A stretch of DNA of 32,000 nt, from the NCBI GenBank assembly GCA_000503875.1, contig CP006913.1, forward strand, positions 210,001-242,000, read 5' to 3'. The position numbers were made by a program, and so were the translations under genes. Positions 1 through 8,609 of the stretch are shown here, one piece after another. Source of the DNA: Candidatus Saccharimonadota bacterium. GTDB lineage: Bacteria > Patescibacteriota > Gracilibacteria > Absconditabacterales > Absconditicoccaceae. Every line of letters starts with the position of its first letter. Position 1 is the stretch's first letter. Under the pieces are notes generated by a model. The model worked only from the letters and a program-made list of their open reading frames with translations. It searched no databases and was not told the origin of the DNA.

Positions 1-768
1 CGTTATCTCATTATGTTGCTTATGCTTTTTACATTTCTTTTCGGGTCAGTAAGTTTTGCTCATCCTGGTAGAACAGCGTCAGATGGATGTCATTATTGTA
101 GAACTAATTGTGATTCTTGGTGAGTGGCTTGGAATCAAAGACATTGTCATTGAGGTTCAACAACGCCTAGCTATACACCTCCGCCTGTTTATCAACCAAC
201 GCCAACTGAGAAATGTCAATCGTCATACTGATCAAACTCCTATTATAATTCTACTTCTAACTCTTGTGATTGTAACTATTGATATGAGCTAAACTCAGCT
301 AAAACCTATTGTGTAATAGAAAAGACTAAAACACCAACAGAGGAATGTAAAGAAACATATTGATCAAACTCCTATTATGATACCACATCTGATGTTTGTA
401 AGTGTGTATCTTGATATGAGCTAAACTCAACCAAAACTTCTTGTGTAATAGAAAAGGAATGTAAAGAAATATATTGATCAAACTCCTATTATGATAGTAC
501 ATCTAATGCTTGTGAGTGTATATATAGATATGAACGAGATTCAGCTAAAAAAGATTGCATTAAATCGAAGATAATTGAAGAAAAAGCTAAGACACCTACT
601 GAAAAGTGTCAAGATAAATATTGATTAAACTCTTATTGATTAGAGAGCACTGATTGATTAGATGATTGTTATTGTAAGAATTGATATCAATGGTCTTTAA
701 ATAATACTAGTTGTGTTCTTAAAAAGAAGAAAACACGATGGAATTATATAAAAGATTTTTTTAATTAA
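1..768 (+). CDS. Secreted YHYH-motif protein with four Cys-rich tandem repeats (5' end at or beyond window edge; TGA=Gly)
   Basis: Frame 1 is open from the window edge to TAA 766-768 if TGA is sense (11 in-frame TGA by hand count). A hydrophobic leader ..MLLMLFTFLFGSVSFA is followed by HPGRTASDGCHYCRTNCDSWGVAWNQRHCHGG, which resembles the YHYH-family motif. Then comes a Pro/Thr linker and four repeats of the form C-x3-YG-x-NSY..C-x-C-x2-GY..C. Confidence 0.7.
199..725 (+). repeat. Four in-frame tandem coding repeats (about 115-140 nt each) encoding a 4-Cys module
   Basis: Repeat units start near 199, 331, 457 and 592. The strings tattgatcaaactcctattat and tgatatgagctaaactca recur. Each unit keeps two TGA codons at the YG and GY positions, except that the second position is AGA in unit 3. 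Confidence 0.8.
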
Positions 769-894
769 ACATTTATAAAACATTACTTACTCGCTGAATA
801 TTATGAACATATGTATATATAGTTGATAAAGATTTGAGAGAATATTTTAAAGGAAAAATCCAGAAGTAAAATTTTAATATATTATAAATGAATA

Positions 895-1242
895 ATGAGT
901 CTAAAACGGAAATTAACCCTGTCTTGATGTTTAACATTATTTAGTACAATAGCATTAAGCGTGTGAGCTACTTATTTCTCCTGAATTGATAAGTATTATC
1001 GACTTTTTATTTTATGAATTGTTTTTTGAACTGTTCAGATCTTGTTAAGTATTTTTCATAAAACAATAGAAGAAGAGTGGTATGAACAAGAAAAAAATAA
1101 TCATGCTGCAGTTAGAAGAAAAGAATGATATATGTCCGAACTAGAAGGAGCTTGCTTATATTGAGCAACAGAAGCAATAAAAAAATGAGATTTAGATGAA
1201 GCAAAAAAACTGAGCGATTTAAAGAATAGCTTTTTAAAATAA
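895..1242 (+). CDS. Hypothetical small membrane protein (115 aa, TGA=Gly)
   Basis: ATG 895 to TAA 1240-1242 with 8 in-frame TGA and no TAA/TAG. There are two hydrophobic segments (LTLFSTIALSVGATYF, LFILGIVFGTVQILLSIF) followed by a charged helical tail. No family recognised. Confidence 0.55.
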
Positions 1243-1270
1243 ATCTTTTATAAATATTATTGAAATTATA

Positions 1271-2320
1271 ATGAAAATAAGATATTTAGAAAAATTTGAA
1301 AAATCTTTTGAAAATATATTTGGTAAAAATATAGAGATTTTGAATAAAATTGAAAAGTTATGAGCAGAATATTTATTGTCTGTATCGAAACTTATAGATA
1401 AGAACAAACAAATATATATGTGTACATTAATTCCATGAACTAGATTGTTTTTTTATAAAAAAGAACATAGTATCATTTTATTAGACATTATTTCTATAGA
1501 CAAGGATAAAAAAATAGATTTTTTAGAAAAGAATGTGGTTAAAGAAACAAAAAGAAAAAAAATAAATAGAATAATAATGTTTATTTTATTTGTTTTGTTA
1601 ATAATAGTTATAATAGAGGGATCAAACCAACTTTCCGAAGTATATAAACAAAATGCAATAATCAAGAATGATTTATGATTAGTAGATTGACAACTTAGCA
1701 ATGAAGAGAAAAATATAATTACCGATAATGGTTTTTTTACATGAAATAATTATTCTAATTATACATGATCTATGTTTATAAGAGATGATAATACATGTGA
1801 TTTATTATATTCATGAGATTATAAAGAACTTATAATACGAGAAAATTTTAATACGCCTTCATTAGAAACATTGAGATCTACAGATTGATATCTTTCATAT
1901 TCTAAAGAATTTGAAATTCCTAAGTGAATAGAAAAAGCTTGGTTATGTATAGAATCAGATTTTAATGAAATAGGAAATTCTAAAAAGAATTATGCAACAA
2001 CATATTTTTTTATTGGTAAAAGAGAGTATGGTTGACATATAAATGTTTCATACAGCGATGAATATAATACTCTTTATGGCGATTGAAGATTTCGACCAAA
2101 GTCTTCGTCTAGACAGCCAAAATGACCAAAAATATATTTTGAGAGTCTTGATAACATAAAAGTTTATAACAGTACTATTTGAAATCATACTTCGTTGTGA
2201 AATGTATATGTAAATCCAATAGAAATGTTGAAAGATGGATGAAAAAAACGTATAGGATGATTTGTTGATAGTATGTATCAATGATGAGTAATTAAAGTTT
2301 TTAAGATATTTTATAAATAA
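1271..2320 (+). CDS. Hypothetical single-pass membrane protein (349 aa, TGA=Gly)
   Basis: ATG 1271 to TAA 2318-2320. I checked it codon by codon and found 18 in-frame TGA and no TAA/TAG across 349 codons of AT-rich DNA. It has one TM helix (INRIIMFILFVLLIIVII) and a C-terminal part of about 230 aa rich in Gly/Tyr/Asn. No family recognised. Confidence 0.65.
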
Positions 2321-2345
2321 TTTTTTATTTTCTAGAATATATCAA

Positions 2346-2573
2346 ATGACTGATTTATGGTTATGAGCTAGTCAAAATTGAAATTTATTACGAACTATTA
2401 TAAAGAGTAATTATGAATCGATTTTAATTATATTCGTAATTATATTTATTTTCTGGTATATAAAAGAAAATATCAAAGCACGGATTCGATGAGAGAAAGC
2501 AAAAGATGTTATTGAATGGTATATGACCAATAAAAAACAATCAGAGATAAATGATAAAGATATTAATTTATAG
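2346..2573 (+). CDS. Hypothetical small membrane protein (75 aa)
   Basis: ATG 2346 to TAG 2571-2573 with 3 in-frame TGA and one TM helix (ILIIFVIIFIFWYI). It is short, so the coding call is tentative. Confidence 0.4.
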
Positions 2574-2661
2574 TCTTTAATTAAAAAAATTCCACCCCAC
2601 TTACCATTGAAATCCCTCAACCAATATTTACAAAAACACTATCTTTTATTTTCTGTTCTCA

Positions 2662-2955
2662 ATGAGCATGGTAGTTACAAAAAACAAGAAGTCTCCAGCA
2701 AAAGCAAAGGCTGCGACTCTCAAAATCGAAGCATCTTGTGATAGTGAACAACTCTCTCAAGCAGTTGGTTCTTGCAAAAAAATGAAGTGTGGTACTCCAA
2801 AATGAAGCTGTATTTATATTATGGGACTTATCGGTGCAGCTATTTATTTCATCGGAAATGCTGTAGGATTTCGAGGCGGGGTAATAGCCTTCCTCAAAGC
2901 TATCGTTTGGCCAGTATTTTTGGTAAAATGATTATTGGCATACATAGCAATGTAA
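2662..2955 (+). CDS. Hypothetical small membrane protein (97 aa)
   Basis: ATG 2662 to TAA 2953-2955 with 2 in-frame TGA. The N-terminus is Lys/Ala-rich. The C-terminus is a hydrophobic hairpin (IYIMGLIGAAIYFIGNAVGF..VIAFLKAIVWPVFLV). A hairpin terminator follows. Confidence 0.5.
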
Positions 2956-2981
2956 TTTTCACTTCACTATATTCTCATACA

Positions 2982-3008
2982 ATCCAGAAGCAATTCTGGA
3001 TTTTTTTG
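2982..3008 (+). terminator. Rho-independent terminator
   Basis: The stem is atccagaa/ttctggat with a gcaa loop, followed by a T-run, immediately after the 2662-2955 CDS. Confidence 0.6.
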
Positions 3009-3020
3009 TTGCAAATTGTC

Positions 3021-3048
3021 TTGGCAAAAAATTTCTGATATATATAAC
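3021..3048 (+). promoter_or_regulatory. Candidate sigma70-type promoter for the 3077 gene
   Basis: TTGGCA (3021-3026), a 16-nt spacer, then TATAAC (3043-3048), about 30 nt upstream of ATG 3077. Motif match only. Confidence 0.3.
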
Positions 3049-3076
3049 CTAGCTACTTTATTTAACAGATATTCCT

Positions 3077-3793
3077 ATGTTCAACATATCATCATTTCTC
3101 TCCGATATCAGATCAACATTGAAATCCCTCTCAGATCCCAAAACGAGAGATTCTTTCCATCGTTTCTTCAAAGAACCAGTCACTGCCTATGGAGTCAAAA
3201 GTGCCCTCGTAGAAAAACTCGCCAAAGAGAAGTGGAAAGAGATCAAAGAGTTAGATAAGAAAACAATTTTCTGATTATGTGAAGAACTATTTAAATCTGA
3301 CTATTGTGAAGAAGCCTTCGTTGCCTGTAACCGAACCTATGCGTTGAGGAAACAGTACCAACCAGAAGATTTTCAGACTTTTTATAATTGGATAGAAAAA
3401 TATATAAATAACCGAGCGAAATGTGATACCTTCTGTAACCATACCATGGGAGCGTTTATCGAGATGTATCCACAATATATTAAAGAAATAAAAAAATGGA
3501 CGAAGTCATCCAATAGATGGGTAAAAAGGGCATCTGCTGTTAGCTTTATTGTACCAGCGAGAAGAGGAATGTTCTTGGCGGAGCTTTTCCAGATCGCTGA
3601 TGATTTATTGCTGGATTTGGACGATATGGTCCAAAAGGGATACGGATGGATGCTCAAGGTAGCCAGCCAAGCTCACCAACAAGAAGTTTTTGAGTATGTC
3701 ATGAAACATAAAGTAGTTATGCCCAGGACAGCCCTGAGATATGCGATAGAAAAAATGGATAAAGAATTGAAGGTCGAAGCGATGAAAAAATAA
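3077..3793 (+). CDS. DNA alkylation repair protein (AlkC/AlkD-like HEAT-repeat family), 238 aa
   Basis: Track ORFs 3077-3274 and 3344-3793 share a frame and are joined through one TGA at 3272-3274. Family-like strings are present: FHRFFKEPVTAYGVK, WVKRASAVSF, KGYGWMLKVAS, RTALRYAIEKM. Confidence 0.7.
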
Positions 3794-3796
3794 CGA

Positions 3797-3828
3797 AAAA
3801 CAGCCTGGCAAAAAACCAGGCTGTTTTA
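3797..3828. terminator. Bidirectional hairpin terminator between convergent genes
   Basis: The stem aacagcctgg/ccaggctgtt is flanked by an A-run and a T-run. It lies between the stop at 3793 (+) and the stop at 3850 (-). Confidence 0.7.
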
Positions 3829-3849
3829 GTAAGAAGAAAGATGTCGTCG

Positions 3850-5703
3850 TTATTTCTTCTTTTGTGATTCCATGAGTTGCTTTAATTCGCTTTCGCTCAT
3901 GTTATTAAGTTTATCTTTGAAATCCTCAAGATTTTTATGACTCTGTAAGGAGTCTCTTCTCTGAACATTCTGATTATATACAGATTGCTCATTTGAAGAC
4001 ATTTGGAGATGCAAGGTCAAATTTTTGAAATACTTAGCAATTACAGAGGCTTGTTTTGAATCAATATACTTGATCTCAACAAGATCACCTTCTTTGGTAA
4101 GCGCTAATTCTGATTGAAGGGTAGAAGTCACCATCACGGAGAAAGAAAATTCATTAAAATACAAATAATACTGCTTTCCTGTGGCGGAGATATCCCATCC
4201 AATTCTCGCTACTTTACCTTGGAAAGATATATCTTGTTGGGTAACTTCTGTAGAAATCTGCCCACCAATATTCATCAATAGTTTTTGGAATTCAATCAGT
4301 GCTTCTTGTGGAGTAGCTCCCAAAGCAACCTTACGATTTTCTGTTTTTACAATAGCAAGGCCTTGATAGGTACCATTTGATCCAATAACAGGAACTAAAG
4401 CAGCTAATGTGCCATACACATTTTCATAAATAATCTGATTGCTTGCATGCCATTTTTTGTATTTTACTTCAGCATTAACCGCATCGATAATATCTTGTTC
4501 TGTGCCACCACCAGAAGTAGTGTAGTATAAGAATTTACCAGTGCGAGCATCACAATACATCAGACCAGCCATTGCTTCGTCATCATTATTATCCGAAGTA
4601 ATGGGAACTACAAATACACATCGACCATCGATTGAATAGTTTATGGTTGGAGTTTCGCCTTCAACAATATTAACATGATACCAATTAGCGTTCCACCATC
4701 CATCTTTGTATTTACCCCAATTATCGATATAATTGTTAACGATCTCAGCGGGGATGATTCTGTCGATCCATGCATATTTAGCATCTGAGTTGGCTTTCTC
4801 GATCGAGACAAATTCGTCTTCGCCAGTTTCTGGGTTGAAAAGGATAACTCCTTCTACTACAAGTCCACCATATCCAATAGTTGGTTTACAAGCGGCAATT
4901 ACCCAGAAAATGTTTCCATTATCATCTTCTTCAAAAGCCCAATCTTCAAATATAAAATTACGATACTTCCGATAAAGTTTTCTCTCAAGATTATCTCCAA
5001 AAAAAGCCTCTGGAGTATATTTCATTTTCTTGTGAGTAACAAGGATCGGTTTTGCATTAGGATCAGTTGCGCTAATCTTTACATAGCCTGGTACTCCATC
5101 AGTACTTGTCCAAACTCTCCAGTTTTTAAAATCAAGAGGAATAAGATAAAAGTAATTGTCTCTGATTTTTTGAAGAGTGGTATATTTGGTAGCCAAAGGA
5201 AATTGACTTCCCAATGTATTTCCATCTTCAGTAATAGATGTTTTAGCTAAATAAATAGCAACTGAATCAGGAACAAGACGAAGGTGAGTAGGATCCAAAG
5301 GTTGGATTTCTTGAGACCAATGTTTTTGATTTTTGGTATCAAATTTGCCAATCAATGATGCATAATCATCAGTATTACCAAACATTGGGGAACTACCTAT
5401 TGCAGTAAAAATTATTACAACAAGAAGCACACCAGGAAACCAAGCAGCATGAGTTATTTCATCTGACATAACTCCGGCTACAAAAGCAGCGACAATCCAC
5501 CAGATACATAAAAGACCTGAGTAGAAACCTAGTAAAGGCCAAGCTGTAGATGGTAACCCAATATAAAGAATCAGCCATCCAAAAAGAGTAAAGAGAATAG
5601 CCATAATAATATAAGCAGCGCCTTTATCTTCTTTCTTTGTATCAGATATAAAGACAGGCAAGCCCCCAACGAGGGCAATCAACAATGCGATTGAAAAGTA
5701 CAT
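3850..5703 (-). CDS. Large membrane protein, 617 aa, four N-terminal TM helices plus a ~500-aa extracytoplasmic domain; family not recognised
   Basis: Intact ORF even under the standard code, with no in-frame TGA despite about 43 Gly by hand count. The N-terminal 110 aa are strongly hydrophobic. The tail is coiled and charged (SESELKQLMESQKKK). Confidence 0.8.
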   Translation of the reverse strand: MYFSIALLIALVGGLPVFISDTKKEDKGAAYIIMAILFTLFGWLILYIGLPSTAWPLLGFYSGLLCIWWIVAAFVAGVMSDEITHAAWFPGVLLVVIIFTAIGSSPMFGNTDDYASLIGKFDTKNQKHWSQEIQPLDPTHLRLVPDSVAIYLAKTSITEDGNTLGSQFPLATKYTTLQKIRDNYFYLIPLDFKNWRVWTSTDGVPGYVKISATDPNAKPILVTHKKMKYTPEAFFGDNLERKLYRKYRNFIFEDWAFEEDDNGNIFWVIAACKPTIGYGGLVVEGVILFNPETGEDEFVSIEKANSDAKYAWIDRIIPAEIVNNYIDNWGKYKDGWWNANWYHVNIVEGETPTINYSIDGRCVFVVPITSDNNDDEAMAGLMYCDARTGKFLYYTTSGGGTEQDIIDAVNAEVKYKKWHASNQIIYENVYGTLAALVPVIGSNGTYQGLAIVKTENRKVALGATPQEALIEFQKLLMNIGGQISTEVTQQDISFQGKVARIGWDISATGKQYYLYFNEFSFSVMVTSTLQSELALTKEGDLVEIKYIDSKQASVIAKYFKNLTLHLQMSSNEQSVYNQNVQRRDSLQSHKNLEDFKDKLNNMSESELKQLMESQKKK

Positions 5704-5720
5704 AGTTTTAGATTTTTAGG

Positions 5721-6026
5721 TTATTTTGTTTGTTGTAATGCTTGATTAAATTTCTCGTTGTCGAGAATTGTTTCCATTGGCATTTCCTTGACGGTTTTTG
5801 CTAATTCTCTGATCTTATCAGGAGAGAGTGTAAGATACATATTAGTCATTCTCGTGATGATAAATTCTGTTTTTTCATCCGAATAGCCTTCTCTCTTGAA
5901 ATAATCAATAGTTGCAAACAGACCAAATTTACAATCTTTCCTGTTTTGCTTATAGATAATAAGTGTCAAAACAGCAACGCAAATTGCTAGCGTTATTATT
6001 ACGGATTGAAGAAATATCTTTTCCAT
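5721..6026 (-). CDS. Small membrane-anchored protein, 101 aa, likely co-transcribed with 3850-5703
   Basis: Intact ORF with an N-terminal TM helix (VIITLAICVAVLTLIIY). There is a 17-nt gap to the downstream 617-aa gene on the same strand. No TGA. Confidence 0.6.
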   Translation of the reverse strand: MEKIFLQSVIITLAICVAVLTLIIYKQNRKDCKFGLFATIDYFKREGYSDEKTEFIITRMTNMYLTLSPDKIRELAKTVKEMPMETILDNEKFNQALQQTK

Positions 6027-6146
6027 GATAAAATAGTTTTTAATGACGACATCAATAAATAATATACATATTTAAATAGAAAAGTCAATAGGAAGTGAAA
6101 AATTGATATATTATTGATATTTAATATGAAAGTGTAATTATTTGGA

Positions 6147-7457
6147 TTAAGAAGAAATAATAGGTATACTAAATTTAACAACAGTTCATTTTCCAGGTTC
6201 ACTTCGGTCTATCCATATTTTTCATCAATGTCTTTCTACAAATTCTTTACACAGCAAGAGTCAAATTCATGTTCAACTTTCGTTGCCTGTTCATTTTCTA
6301 GACTCCGTTTTGTCTATTTTAAATAAATTTTCTTTTTGCTCTAAATTCATTCCTATTCCATTATCTGCGATAGAAACTAAGAAAGCGTTTTCTGTATTTT
6401 TAAATGCGACACGAATTTCTCATCATCTTCCACTGCCTCAGGTAAATTTAATAGCATTGGAAACTAGATTTCTTATGACGGTAGCTACCATCTGTTTATC
6501 AGCATATATAACGGTATCATCCGGTATATTGTTTTTGATAAAAATATTTTTTATAGCGGCTACTTCATGGAGTAACTTTATTTGTTCTAGTGTTTCAGTT
6601 TTGAAATCGAAGTTTTCTGGTTTAAATTTTACTGAAGATTGTGCTCTTGCTCGTTCCAATAAGGATATTAAGAGATTGTAAGATTTATTTGCTGAGTCGT
6701 TTATAATTCAAATATTTTCTTCAATTTCTTCCATGGTAAATTCTTTAAGATTGTTTTTTAATATATCAAGAAATCCCAAAATAGCACTAAAAGGTGATTT
6801 TAAATCATGAGCAATGATAGAGAAAAACTTGTCTTTGGCTATATTAGCCTCTTGGAGTTTTTTTTCCAATTCCATATGTTTGGAAATATCAAAAGCCATT
6901 CCTATAATTTCCTTTACACGTCCTGTTTCATCAAAACTAGGCGTGAAATTAACATCGAAATGAATAGATCATACCGTCAAAACGCCGTGTCGTTCTTTAC
7001 CTTCTGCTGCTAATTGAATTCATTGCATAATAACTTCATTATCTCCATAATGATTCCAAACATAATCACCTACGACTTGGTCTTTTTCAAGCCCCAATGT
7101 TTTCAATCCTTTTCCTTTGGAAAATGTAAATTTCATTGTAGAAGGATTTATCCCAAAAAAGACAGCATTCCCTTTTTCGATTAAGGTTTCAAATCTTCTG
7201 CTGTTTCTTTTATATTTAAGGGTATTCATTTCTATTTCAACTTTCTCAAAGGCATGATACTTAGTTATGAAACTCATAATATCATCATCTTTGATTGTGG
7301 CGAGAATAAGGTCTTCTATATGTAAACAACTGAGAATAGCTTCTTTAGTCGGTCCCATTATATTTTTTTCATGCTCCATCAAAAAATCTCTCAGGGTGTT
7401 TTTGTTGCAGCCATCAATAAAAATTCTGAAATTGTCTTTGTTGGTATTCAATGACAT
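6147..7457 (-). CDS. Soluble PAS-domain sensor histidine kinase, 436 aa (TGA=Gly)
   Basis: Three track ORFs (7020-7457, 6708-6899, 6438-6659) plus the unlisted tail share one frame and are joined only by TGA. H-box is FFSIIAHDLKSPF and N-box is VIRNLVSNAIKFT. G1 is IADNGIGM. G2 is [21 protein letters not shown], with many of its Gly encoded by TGA. Stop is TAA at 6147-6149. No TM segment. Confidence 0.9.
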
Positions 7458-7531
7458 TGAATAGGGTTTTCCCCCAAAATAAAGTCAGAGAGATGTAGTA
7501 ATATTGTATTCTATATACAGAACAGACAAGC

Positions 7532-7576
7532 AATGTCAACACAATCTATTGACATTTATTATAAAATAAATATTGT
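7532..7576 (+). promoter_or_regulatory. Candidate promoter (TTGACA-16-TATTGT) overlapped by a perfect 8-bp inverted repeat
   Basis: The repeat is aatgtcaa (7532-7539) and ttgacatt (7549-7556), separated by 9 nt. The right arm contains TTGACA at 7549-7554, and TATTGT is at 7571-7576. The element sits in the divergent region between the histidine kinase and the 7608 gene. Confidence 0.35.
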
Positions 7577-7607
7577 CTATTTTTAAAAATATGAACATAT
7601 ACTTCTT

Positions 7608-8102
7608 ATGACCTTATCAGAATCTTTAGATAATAAAAATATACCAAGTCCTGGCCAAGGACTTCGTTTTGTCAAAAACGAAGAAGGTGTTCGAGAATTT
7701 ACATCAGTAGATATTCCTCAAGATATAGATAAAGAGCCAGAAAGAGGAATTGTCTTGGTAGGGCATATAGGCATCGGACATATGGAAAAACTCAAAACAG
7801 AGATGCTCCATGTCTTACAACAACACGATGAGATCAAAGGGCCTATCGTTGTTATAGCAGGAGAATCTGCTTCATGATTGGAAAATCTATGACTCCAGTT
7901 ATCTGAAGAACAAATGAAAGAACTAGGGAAAACGAGAGAATTTCTCATTACCAAAAGAGATGAGATTGTAGATACCTTTATTTTCCCAAAAACGAAACTC
8001 CCTGATTTCAAACAAAGGCAAACATTTCATCACAATCAGTCGCCAAAAACCCAGTACAAAAAAGGGATGTGATACCAAAGAACAAAACAAAGAAGAAAAT
8101 AA
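7608..8102 (+). CDS. Hypothetical protein, 164 aa, basic C-terminal tail (TGA=Gly)
   Basis: ATG 7608, 3 in-frame TGA, TAA at 8100-8102. No family recognised. It ends in KKGMGYQRTKQRRK. Confidence 0.55.
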
Positions 8103-8158
8103 ATTGCTATTGCTAAGCAAATAAATAGAAGAGGAGAAAACAAAAAACAATAACGAGT

Positions 8159-8578
8159 ATGAAAAAGCATAAAATTCTCTTTATGGGATGGGATCCTTTG
8201 GAAAACAATCCTTCTTTACAGAAAGAATTAGAGGGTTTGCCTGATACCTTTGCCGTTATTTCTACAAAATCAGAAGTGGAAGCTATTCGTGAATTGTCTA
8301 TTGCAAAACGATCCAAGAAGAAACCAATACTAGCAATCGTTTTTAGAAGAAAATTTCTTGTTTTAAACAACCACATGGCTCGTGTTATTACAAGATCTGC
8401 AGAAGGTTATGATGACAAAAGAATTTCAATTTGTGTGATTAATCTAATAAACGACGCTCATGACGAAGAAGCTAAGTATTGTGGTATGTGCATACATCAT
8501 GACATGAAACCACATTTTGTACAAAAAGGGGATTGGGAAAAGGTATTCGAAATTTTAACGAATACGTTATGTAATTAA
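8159..8578 (+). CDS. Hypothetical protein, 139 aa, with receiver-domain-like alternating pattern but no phospho-acceptor Asp
   Basis: Intact ORF. By-eye pattern is KILFMG (beta1), FAVIST (beta2), PILAIVF (beta3, where a receiver has the acceptor Asp), ISICVI (beta4) and HHDMKP (the conserved K-P position). This is fold inference only. Confidence 0.5.
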   Translation: MKKHKILFMGWDPLENNPSLQKELEGLPDTFAVISTKSEVEAIRELSIAKRSKKKPILAIVFRRKFLVLNNHMARVITRSAEGYDDKRISICVINLINDAHDEEAKYCGMCIHHDMKPHFVQKGDWEKVFEILTNTLCN

Positions 8579-8609
8579 AAAGTGGGGGATTTATTCTTCT
8601 GCTTTTTTT

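Noticed and set aside
199-725. Tandem DNA repeats that could be a CRISPR array or a non-coding satellite
   Set aside because: The repeats are in frame within a long table-25 ORF. They encode a conserved 4-Cys module, are imperfect, and have no unique spacers of regular length.
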